From a bacterium (lineage in GTDB: Bacteria > Patescibacteriota > Minisyncoccia > UBA6257 > GWB1-50-10), in assembly GCA_021814835.1 (NCBI GenBank), contig JAKAHO010000002.1, positions 1 to 33,056 on the forward strand: a DNA stretch of 33,056 nucleotides, given 5' to 3'. The notes under the pieces were generated by a model, which made no database searches, was not told the DNA's origin, and was given only the letters and a program-made list of their open reading frames with translations. The translations under genes and the position numbers were made by a program. Shown in pieces: positions 7,964 to 15,558 of the stretch (position 1 is the first letter of the stretch; each line of letters begins with the position of its first letter).

Positions 7964-8695
7964 TTAAAGTGAGGTATTAAGAGTACTCGCCTCCGCAACA
8001 ATCTCATCAATAAGCGCACGCAAATCCCAATCCGTACGCCGATACCATGTACGACTCAAACGGCTGACAATTGCTTTATGCTCAGGATAACCGAGTGATT
8101 TTACTTTAAAACATCGCAGCCATTCGGGTGAATTTTGAACCAGAGTATTAAAAATTTCCGATATGTGCCATACAAAAAAATTGTCCTCGTCGCGTTTATA
8201 TTTCGGATAATGCTCATAAAAATAATCATAAAACATAAAATGAAGCATCTCGTGCGCTATAACCACCGAAACAAATCCCGCGGTGCGATGCGAAAACGGA
8301 ATCTGAAATGTCTTATCTTCCAAAAAACGCGGATACATTCCCCAAATCGTCCCGAAAGCGATGTGCTTCCCGCGCGGCCATTTTCTTCCTGCGAATAACG
8401 CATCAACGAGCTCAAAATAGCGCGGAGCAACTTTCAGCCAACGCATTTTATGCCCGCGCATCGCGCGGCTCATTGTGCCCTTCCTCGTTTTATAATTCTT
8501 GATGACAAAATCACGAAGCGCCTTATCATCCAACACCTTCCAGTCATTTTTCTTATCAAAATACTTAATAAGGCGGGGGTAAGTATTAAAAATAAGCCAA
8601 TACAAATTTCTCTCATCAGCTTCACGGATAAATATGCGAAGCGTTTCTAAATCTTTCTTCGCGCTTATTTGAAACTTAATATTCGGATATGCCAT
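7964..8695 (-). CDS. Hypothetical protein with an HExxH metallopeptidase-like motif
   Basis: 243-aa ORF. It contains VVIAHEMLHFMF (HExxH) and a downstream glutamate (WHISEIF). I recognise no other family features. There is no obvious SD. Confidence 0.55.
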   Translation of the reverse strand: MAYPNIKFQISAKKDLETLRIFIREADERNLYWLIFNTYPRLIKYFDKKNDWKVLDDKALRDFVIKNYKTRKGTMSRAMRGHKMRWLKVAPRYFELVDALFAGRKWPRGKHIAFGTIWGMYPRFLEDKTFQIPFSHRTAGFVSVVIAHEMLHFMFYDYFYEHYPKYKRDEDNFFVWHISEIFNTLVQNSPEWLRCFKVKSLGYPEHKAIVSRLSRTWYRRTDWDLRALIDEIVAEASTLNTSL

Positions 8696-8701
8696 AATCG
8701 T

Positions 8702-8739
8702 AAAAAAACGGGGAGAATAACTATTTCGTTATCCTCCCC
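8702..8739 (-). terminator. Intrinsic terminator immediately after the radical SAM/SPASM gene
   Basis: On the minus-strand RNA the stem is GGGGAG-g-AUAAC / GUUAU-u-CUCCCC (11 bp with one mismatch) and the loop is 6 nt. It is followed by G and U7. Confidence 0.6.
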
Positions 8740-8770
8740 ATTGTAGCAATTGTGCAGAACTACCTGCAAC

Positions 8771-10126
8771 TTACCGAGCGGCGGCGTACGCATCCCAAAC
8801 AAGCCACTCAAGAACGCGCTTGCTATGAAAACACGCACGTTCATCGATGTTGTTCTTATCGCCCGTTTTCAGCTCAGCGCTCGCCGGACATCCGCCGCCG
8901 CAAATACCAAGAGCGGGGCAATCCGTGCATTGGGTCATGAAAAACGGGGAGCGATTACGCCAGTTCTCGAAAAGCACATCGAGAAGGTCGTCATGGTCTG
9001 TGTCGTACACAGAACGAGGGAAATACGTTCGTGTCTTAACAAAGTCCTGACAAACCCCGATTCTGCCGTCGGGCGCAATGACAAGCTGACGACCGACAAC
9101 TCCGCAATCCGCGTACATCGGTTCCTGGTCTACAAACGCGCTCACCTTGCGAATGATGCGATCTTCATAAAATCCGATCTCTCGAAAACGCTGAAATGCC
9201 TTAATCTGGCACTCCACCGCCTTGCGATAGAAATCATCGGACAATTTCACGTGCGGAGTATAATGGAGCAGATTCAGACTTGCGCCGTCGGCCGCTCGGA
9301 ATTCCCCTTCCGTGAAAAACGCGAGAAACTCATCGAAATGATCGACGGCCTCCGGCGTCAACGTTACTGAAAGCCCCACGCCTACACCATGCTTCTTCAG
9401 CAAGCGGAACGCATGGGTAATCCTCTCGGCCACGTTGATACCCGACCGCTTCGGTACGCGGTAGAGATTCGTGATAAACGCGGGACCGTCAATTGAGAGT
9501 CCCACTGAAACGGCATTCGCGGAGAAGAATTGTGCGTCTTCTTCGTTGAGTAGGACGCCGTTCGTGACAATCACCAGACGGCAACTGTCCGGCAAAGAAC
9601 CGCGAGCCTTGAGCTCATTGGCGTAAGACACTGCTCTGTACACTGCCTTACGGTTTGCCAGAGGCTCTCCGCCATAAAGATGGATTACTTTCTCAAGTTG
9701 CGGGTTGCCGTATCGCGCCGTCATTGATGCGAACAAATCGAGCGACTTTACGACCGCTTCCTCCGACATGTGCATCGCTCGAAACGAGCCCGACACCGAT
9801 GGAGATTCCTCGAAGCAATAGGTGCAACGAAGGTTACAGCCATCGGTAACAAGCAAGTACATCATCTCAAGCGACATTTTCGATCTGAGCTGATCACGCA
9901 GACGAATAAAATTCTCCTCATCGTCCACGTCGTTTACTACCAGCATTCCCTGCGAAACGAGGGAATTTTTTAGTTCGCCCTCACCTCCATTAGCGGACGA
10001 ACGCAATTCCTCCTTGAAAGCTTGAAGCTCACAGGAAGGAACATAGACCACTCCAAGAGTCAGCGAATGCACCAGTGCAGAGACTTCACCCTGACGCATT
10101 TCATGGCACCATCGAGAAAATCGCAT
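8771..10126 (-). CDS. Radical SAM / SPASM-domain peptide-modifying enzyme (putative RiPP maturase)
   Basis: 451-aa ORF. The radical SAM cluster motif is C97-x3-C-x2-C (DGCNLRCTYCF). A full SPASM signature is present: C-x12-G-x4-C (CGVVGRQLVIAPDGRIGVC), then C-x2-C-x5-C-x3-C (CTDCPALGICGGGC), then a trailing Cys (ACFHS). About 90 aa precede the core, the size of a peptide-recognition (RRE-like) domain. The SD is AGAGGGAAGG, just before the ATG. Confidence 0.9.
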   Translation of the reverse strand: MRFSRWCHEMRQGEVSALVHSLTLGVVYVPSCELQAFKEELRSSANGGEGELKNSLVSQGMLVVNDVDDEENFIRLRDQLRSKMSLEMMYLLVTDGCNLRCTYCFEESPSVSGSFRAMHMSEEAVVKSLDLFASMTARYGNPQLEKVIHLYGGEPLANRKAVYRAVSYANELKARGSLPDSCRLVIVTNGVLLNEEDAQFFSANAVSVGLSIDGPAFITNLYRVPKRSGINVAERITHAFRLLKKHGVGVGLSVTLTPEAVDHFDEFLAFFTEGEFRAADGASLNLLHYTPHVKLSDDFYRKAVECQIKAFQRFREIGFYEDRIIRKVSAFVDQEPMYADCGVVGRQLVIAPDGRIGVCQDFVKTRTYFPRSVYDTDHDDLLDVLFENWRNRSPFFMTQCTDCPALGICGGGCPASAELKTGDKNNIDERACFHSKRVLEWLVWDAYAAAR

Positions 10127-10153
10127 ACCTTCCCTCTCTTTCGGGTATAGAGA

Positions 10154-10179
10154 GGGGGCGGAAAAATTCTTCCGCCCCC
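10154..10179 (-). promoter_or_regulatory. Stable intercistronic stem-loop between the precursor peptide gene and the maturase gene
   Basis: The stem is a perfect 10 bp (GGGGGCGGAA / TTCCGCCCCC) with a 6-nt loop. No U tract follows, so it is not a canonical terminator. It could be an attenuator or an mRNA-stabilising/processing element. Confidence 0.5.
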
Positions 10180-10197
10180 CTTGATGATGAGCCTACT

Positions 10198-10329
10198 TCA
10201 CTTGCAGCGCGTGCACGAAGTGTAGCAGCACTTCGGCCCGCCCTTGCCTTCGCGGACGTTCCCCATGACCTTCACCCGGTTGCCGGGCTGGAGCACGATG
10301 ACCCGCGTCTTCTTGGGAGACTTGTCCAT
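10198..10329 (-). CDS. 43-aa Cys-rich putative RiPP precursor peptide (MDKSPKKTRVIVLQPGNRVKVMGNVREGKGGPKCCYTSCTRCK)
   Basis: This is the internal ATG of the 71-aa track ORF. It is preceded by a strong SD (GGTAGGAGAGGAAAC-ATG). The peptide has a basic leader-like N-terminal part, a Gly-Gly, then four Cys in the last 10 residues. It lies directly upstream of, and co-directional with, the rSAM/SPASM gene. Confidence 0.7.
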   Translation of the reverse strand: MDKSPKKTRVIVLQPGNRVKVMGNVREGKGGPKCCYTSCTRCK

Positions 10330-10369
10330 GTTTCCTCTCCTACCAATTTTATACGCTACTATCAGGCAG

Positions 10370-10388
10370 AAAATCCACAGTGGATTTT
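10370..10388. promoter_or_regulatory. 19-nt palindrome (AAAATCCAC-n-GTGGATTTT) about 40 nt upstream of the precursor ATG
   Basis: The arms are a perfect 9 + 9 nt inverted repeat around a single central base, inside an AT-rich leader/promoter region. It is a candidate operator or 5'-UTR hairpin. Confidence 0.35.
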
Positions 10389-10538
10389 CATTTAATATTA
10401 TTAACCTGACCAATGGCGCTAAAGATTGGATTTTTGTTGTGAACGACCCGTCGAATAGTATGCATTATATACATCATTCCGTCAAACTCTGGCACACAAG
10501 AACGGCGGGGGTGTTATCAAACAAAATATTTCTGATGC

Positions 10539-13520
10539 TCAGTGCATAAGCTGCCTCAACGCGCAGAATTCACACTCCTTCTCGTCGCAATACATATTCC
10601 AAAACGACAATGACAATATCTCTTCCACGCTCTTCTTTATGAGCGCCTCAAGCTCTGCAACCTCCTCGTCAGTAATCGTAAACACCTCCCTCTTGTATCT
10701 CCCCTTATCATCGGGCTCCACAAAATCAACATCCGCCGAAACCATTTCATAGTGAATGCCCTTCTCCATCCTGTTTAACAACAACCGGTAGAAGACGAGC
10801 TGGCGCTTAATATCGCCGTTCGAGCTCGCGGTCGTCCCTTCAATCTCTCCGCGGGTCTTCGGCTTCCCCGTCTTATAGTCCACCACGTTAACCTCATTCC
10901 TATCATTCAAAATTTCCAGCTTATCAAGCTTGCCCGAAAGTTTTATCTCGGGCGTAAGCAAAATTCCCTTCACATCAAACTCGGTGACCACATTCGTCTT
11001 CCACTTTGTGTGATAGGCATCCCAGTATCCTCCGAGAGCATTCAGTCCACGCGTGAGCCACTCCTCGCGGATGGCCGACGAAAACGGCTGCTTGCCCGCA
11101 TGGAATTTGAATCGCTCCAAAAGAAACTCGCGCGTTGCGCGATTCTCGCGAACCGCCTCAAACAAATCCTCAAGCGTGGCATGGACCGCGGTGCCGTAGA
11201 GCTGGTGCGGCTCCTTCGCCGAAGGAATGCGCAATAAATTCTGATAAAAATAACGCCACGGGCAGCTCACATAATTATTGAGTGCCGTCGCAGAAAGCCC
11301 GCGTTCCAAAAATAATTCCCGCACGAACTCCTTATCTTTCGCGCTCACAGGACTCGCCTTCGCTGGCGCAAACAATATTCCCTTTTGTGCAGCGAATTCT
11401 TCCTCAATTTTTGTTGCGTCTCCAACTTCGATATGCGCGGGGTCTATCTCGCCGATAAACTGACTCGGCAACTGTTCCTTTCCAGTAATACTCTCTTTCG
11501 CGTAGGAAATGCTGAGTGTCTTCTTTGCGCGAGTGAGCGCCACATAAAAAAGCCTGCGCTCATCGTCTAACGGGTCATGCAAAAGTCGCGACTCATGTGT
11601 AAGCGAGTAGACTGCAGGAGGCAGGGGCAACGCGTTCCCCTTTTTTGCGTTTCCCCAGTGTCCGTCGTACGCGCCAACAATAAACACATGTCCGAACTCC
11701 TGCCCCTTTGATTTGTGCGCCGTCATAAGCCGCACGCGCTTTGTAAGTCCTCCAAAAGAACTCTTCTTCACAAGCAGGTCATGCAACTCAATCGTCGAGA
11801 GGTATTCAAGAAATGCGTGAAGGTCAGCATCAATGTGCGCCTCGGCATGCTTTTGCGCCTCGTCAAAAAAGCCGTTCAACTTCTCCATCTTCTCCACCAT
11901 ATCGGGAAGCGCCATCACGTGCGCCAAAAAACCCGATTCGTTTACGATACTTCCCACAAACGCCTGTAATTCTTTGTTCTTGCCCGCCTTTGCCCAACGC
12001 ACCATATTGCCGTACCACGTACGCAGTTTTGCGGGGCTCTCGAGTGTCATCCCGCGCAACTCAACGTCGGACTTTAATACGTCATATAGAGAAATATGCT
12101 TCATGTTCGCCTCGCGAATCACGCGGTATACATCGAGCGGGTCAAGCCCCAAGAAATCAACGTGCATAGCTTCTGCAGCGCGCACATCACTACCGAACTC
12201 ATCAATCGCGCGCAGAAGCGTTATGAGTTTCCGAATATCGCGGTCGCGCATCACATTCTCATCCGACTCTATTATGAACGGCACGCCTGCCCGTTCGAGC
12301 ATGGGCACAAGCGTGGCTGCATCGCGATTATTGCGATAGAGCACTGCGATATCCTCAGGTCGCGCGCCCGCATTAATAAGCCTCATTATTTCCTGCGCAA
12401 CAAAATACTGCTCCATCTCGGGGCGTGAAAATGAAAAGAGCTGCGCCCGCACGTTTTCGTGTCCCGCACGCGCCTCAAGCGCTTTTTTCCCGGGAATCAA
12501 GCTGTGCGCCGCATCAAGTATCGACTGCGTCGATCGGTAGTTCTCAGAAAGCACAATAAGCTTCGCGTCCTTATACAAATTTTTAAAATAGACGAAATTC
12601 TCAAGCGAAGCGCCCTGAAACCTGAATATCGCCTGCTTCTCGTCGCCCACTACAAAAATATTGGGATTGGGATGGAAATTCGAAAGCAGCTCAAGAATTC
12701 TGTTCTGCGCATTATTGGTATCCTGATGCTCATCAACCAAAATGTACTGGTACTGCTCCTGCAAGATAAGGAGAAGGTCTTTATTCGTCTGCAGCTCGCG
12801 GAGCACCTCCATAATCATATCGCTGTAGTCGTAGCGCTTCCGCGCGCGAAGCTCCGCCTCATATGCCCCATAAAGCGCTGAAAGCTCGCGGTTCTTCTCA
12901 ATCGTTTTGAGCTCCTTTTTATAATCGCCCTTCATCTCGCCCTTATGTGCGCCTTTCTCGTGAATAAGGTCAGGTGTCTCATCAAAACGCTTCTGCTCCT
13001 GCGCAACCAGTTCCACAAACTGCGCAGGGTCAACGCCCTCGCGCTTCAAATCGTTTATCGCCTTTACAACATCGCGCACGTAATAAAGCGGGTCGCCGAG
13101 CGGCTTTAAAACCGTGAGCTTCGTTTTATGAATAAGCTCCTCAACTATCGCAATCTCATCTATTTCAGTAATGCTCTCTGCGCCGATAATACGCGGAAAT
13201 TCTTCGGGGTACTCCTTAATAATACGGTTGCAAAAACCATGGAAGGTGCTGATGGAAACCGCATACGCGGGCGCGCCGATGACTTCCGTAAGCCTACGGC
13301 GCATATTCGTGGCGCCCGCCTCGGTAAACGTAAGCGCCAAAATATTCTCCGGGTTCGTATCAACGACACGGAGAATATTTGCGATGCGAAGCGTAAGAAT
13401 TTCGGTTTTTCCCGTACCAGGACCCGCGACCACCATGACGGGACCCTCAACCGCATCCACCGCCTCGCGTTGCGCGGCGTTCAGTTTTTTGTAGCGCACG
13501 AGAAAGACGGCGGTATCCAT
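10539..13520 (-). CDS. UvrD/PcrA-type superfamily 1 helicase fused to a C-terminal PD-(D/E)xK (RecB/AddB/Cas4-like) nuclease domain
   Basis: 993-aa ORF. It has Walker A (AGPGTGKT), a DEHQD Walker B and helicase motifs (VGDEKQAIFRFQGA, TAHKSKGQEF). The C-terminal part has nuclease-like GKLDKLE and VVDYKTGK motifs plus Cys at SCPW and C-x5-C-x2-C (CDEKECEFC). Confidence 0.9.
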   Translation of the reverse strand: MDTAVFLVRYKKLNAAQREAVDAVEGPVMVVAGPGTGKTEILTLRIANILRVVDTNPENILALTFTEAGATNMRRRLTEVIGAPAYAVSISTFHGFCNRIIKEYPEEFPRIIGAESITEIDEIAIVEELIHKTKLTVLKPLGDPLYYVRDVVKAINDLKREGVDPAQFVELVAQEQKRFDETPDLIHEKGAHKGEMKGDYKKELKTIEKNRELSALYGAYEAELRARKRYDYSDMIMEVLRELQTNKDLLLILQEQYQYILVDEHQDTNNAQNRILELLSNFHPNPNIFVVGDEKQAIFRFQGASLENFVYFKNLYKDAKLIVLSENYRSTQSILDAAHSLIPGKKALEARAGHENVRAQLFSFSRPEMEQYFVAQEIMRLINAGARPEDIAVLYRNNRDAATLVPMLERAGVPFIIESDENVMRDRDIRKLITLLRAIDEFGSDVRAAEAMHVDFLGLDPLDVYRVIREANMKHISLYDVLKSDVELRGMTLESPAKLRTWYGNMVRWAKAGKNKELQAFVGSIVNESGFLAHVMALPDMVEKMEKLNGFFDEAQKHAEAHIDADLHAFLEYLSTIELHDLLVKKSSFGGLTKRVRLMTAHKSKGQEFGHVFIVGAYDGHWGNAKKGNALPLPPAVYSLTHESRLLHDPLDDERRLFYVALTRAKKTLSISYAKESITGKEQLPSQFIGEIDPAHIEVGDATKIEEEFAAQKGILFAPAKASPVSAKDKEFVRELFLERGLSATALNNYVSCPWRYFYQNLLRIPSAKEPHQLYGTAVHATLEDLFEAVRENRATREFLLERFKFHAGKQPFSSAIREEWLTRGLNALGGYWDAYHTKWKTNVVTEFDVKGILLTPEIKLSGKLDKLEILNDRNEVNVVDYKTGKPKTRGEIEGTTASSNGDIKRQLVFYRLLLNRMEKGIHYEMVSADVDFVEPDDKGRYKREVFTITDEEVAELEALIKKSVEEILSLSFWNMYCDEKECEFCALRQLMH

Positions 13521-13537
13521 ATAGAAGAAATGATTCC

Positions 13538-13846
13538 CTACCTGAAAAGAAGAAGGAGCGCTGCACCGCCGAACATCATATGGGGCGGAGTCGCGTTGCC
13601 GATGTGGTGCATTTCGTAATCAAACACCTCCCCCTCCGCACTCACGTGGCCCACGGTATGCATTTCGTAGTCATACACTTTTCCGTCATCAGAAACTTCC
13701 CCGATTTTTCGCTCCTCAGCATCAAGCACGTGCCCGTCGGTCGTAACCCGGCCCACTTTTAAATCGTGCGCGTTGTACACATGACCCTCGTCGTCGATGC
13801 GTCCGAAGTGACGTCCGTCCAATTCATTGATATTCATCATTGGCAT
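13538..13846 (-). CDS. Small protein made of four 17-aa tandem repeats plus a hydrophobic C-terminal tail
   Basis: 102-aa ORF. The repeats are GRIDDEGHVYNAHDLKV / GRVTTDGHVLDAEERKI / GEVSDDGKVYDYEMHTV / GHVSAEGEVFDYEMHHI, followed by ...FGGAALLLLFR. Confidence 0.6.
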   Translation of the reverse strand: MPMMNINELDGRHFGRIDDEGHVYNAHDLKVGRVTTDGHVLDAEERKIGEVSDDGKVYDYEMHTVGHVSAEGEVFDYEMHHIGNATPPHMMFGGAALLLLFR

Positions 13847-13886
13847 ATTGATGAATTATATCTGGGGTGCGTAAAAAAACAAAGCG

Positions 13887-14792
13887 TCACGAAAACGGCG
13901 ATGTTGTAAGAGCATCGGCGATAAGCGGGGCAATTGATACAACCTCGCATTTCGCAGGAATCTTCGCCGTAAACGGAATGGAATCGGTGACAAATACGCC
14001 TCTTATCTCACGGGTGCGCAAAATACGCTTGAGCCCGGGCCCAGACTGCACCGCATGCGCGACCGCCACATATACATCTTTCGCTCCCTCGCGGCGTAAT
14101 GCGTGCGTAGCCTTGAGCAATGTATCTCCCGACTGCACCATATCATCCACCAGTACCACATTCTTCCCCCGTACCTCACCCGTAATGCGCGCCACTCTTA
14201 CGATACTCGGTGTTTTGCGGATTTTCACAACCGTAATAATATCAGGCGCGCCGATGCGCGCCGCGAACTCTTTTGCGCGGTGGACGCCGCCCTCATCGGG
14301 AGAAACCACGGCGACATTCTGCACGTGATGCGCCCTAAACGCATCGGCAAGCAACCGCATCGGCGAAAGCTCAATAAGCGGAACTTCAAACCGAGCGTTT
14401 ACAAACGAACTATGAAGCCCGATCGCAAGAACGCGCGTCGCGCCCGCGGCGGCAAGTATGTCCGCCATAACACCCGCGGACACCGAACTCCCAGGCGCAT
14501 CCACCTTATCCGACTTTGCATATGCAAAATAGGGAATAATAACGTTCACCGCTCGCGCGCCCTGAATGCGTGCGGTATTTATGAGTATCGCAAGAGAGAG
14601 CACATGTTCCGCAGGAGCAAATGTGGAGCCGACTACGAATACCTCCTTCCCCTCAACGGGCTCTCCGATACGCACCGATACCTCTTTGTCCGGATACGTT
14701 CCTATAGAACACGAGCCCATCCGAATACCGGTCACACGCGCTATCACGCGGGCAAGCGCTGCATTTGTATTCGTGGAGAGGATAAGCCTCAT
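13887..14792 (-). CDS. prs: Ribose-phosphate pyrophosphokinase (PRPP synthetase)
   Basis: 301-aa ORF with a PRPP-binding loop (VVLVDDMVQSGDTL). Its length and order are typical of Prs. The ATG overlaps the upstream stop as ATGA. Confidence 0.9.
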   Translation of the reverse strand: MRLILSTNTNAALARVIARVTGIRMGSCSIGTYPDKEVSVRIGEPVEGKEVFVVGSTFAPAEHVLSLAILINTARIQGARAVNVIIPYFAYAKSDKVDAPGSSVSAGVMADILAAAGATRVLAIGLHSSFVNARFEVPLIELSPMRLLADAFRAHHVQNVAVVSPDEGGVHRAKEFAARIGAPDIITVVKIRKTPSIVRVARITGEVRGKNVVLVDDMVQSGDTLLKATHALRREGAKDVYVAVAHAVQSGPGLKRILRTREIRGVFVTDSIPFTAKIPAKCEVVSIAPLIADALTTSPFS

Positions 14793-15445
14793 GTCTGTTT
14801 TAGAGAATAATTCTTTAAAATGCTCGCCACTCCCTCGTCTTCAACCTGTGGAAACTCCTCGTAGCACTGGCCGACCGCGGCAAAAAAATCCACGACATGG
14901 GGGCACGCCACCTCGTCGGCTTCTCCGCGCACCCGCGCGAGACTGTCCTGGGGAGAAACAGGCACTGCAATGACAACCTTCATTGCCCCCCTTTTTCGCG
15001 CGGATTTTATTGCGACACACATCGTAGCGCCCGTCGCTATTCCGTCATCGGCAATAATGGCAACCTTGCCGGAGAGGTCCCGCATAGGCAATATTTTTCT
15101 GTAGAGCGCGGACCGCGTACGCACTTCTTCATTCTTCTTCTCGATTGTTTTTTGAAACAGTTGTTGCGGACCGCAGACATCCTCATTCATCGTCCAGTCG
15201 AAAAATGATTCATTATCTTCGGTGACAGCACCGACCGCAAACTCATCGTTATGCGGAGGATTCACTTTTTTTACCACAATCACATCGAGCGGAAGCTTGA
15301 GACCCCTTGCAAGTTCGGCAGCAATAACCACGCCGCCTCTCGGCAAGCCGAGAACTACAGCATCAGTACGCGTACGGTACTGTTGCAACAGCGGAAGCAG
15401 TTGAGCTGCAGCCTCTTTGCGGTTCGCAAACAAGGGTTTACTCAT
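14789..15445 (-). CDS. Phosphoribosyltransferase family protein
   Basis: 218-aa ORF with a PRTase signature (VAIIADDGIATGATM). Confidence 0.8.
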   Translation of the reverse strand: MSKPLFANRKEAAAQLLPLLQQYRTRTDAVVLGLPRGGVVIAAELARGLKLPLDVIVVKKVNPPHNDEFAVGAVTEDNESFFDWTMNEDVCGPQQLFQKTIEKKNEEVRTRSALYRKILPMRDLSGKVAIIADDGIATGATMCVAIKSARKRGAMKVVIAVPVSPQDSLARVRGEADEVACPHVVDFFAAVGQCYEEFPQVEDEGVASILKNYSLKQT

Positions 15446-15558
15446 ATGTGTGGCGCTACCCTTATTATACTAGCTTCAAAGATTCCAAACAGTGCATAAC
15501 CGCAGTTTACGCAACCATGAAAAAAGCAAAGAAACGGTTAGTCAGCGTACAAAGTGTA

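Noticed and set aside
10330-10413. N-terminal extension of the precursor ORF, giving the 71-aa product starting at TTG 10413 as listed in the track.
   Set aside because: The extension runs through the AT-rich leader and the 19-nt palindrome, and uses a TTG start without an SD. The internal ATG at 10329 has a strong, correctly spaced SD, and base composition shifts to GC-rich exactly there.
10464-10485. TTGACG plus TATAAT as a canonical sigma-70 promoter for the precursor.
   Set aside because: The two hexamers are only 10 nt apart, far from the 16-18 nt optimum, so they cannot work together as a standard promoter. They are reported only as ambiguous elements.
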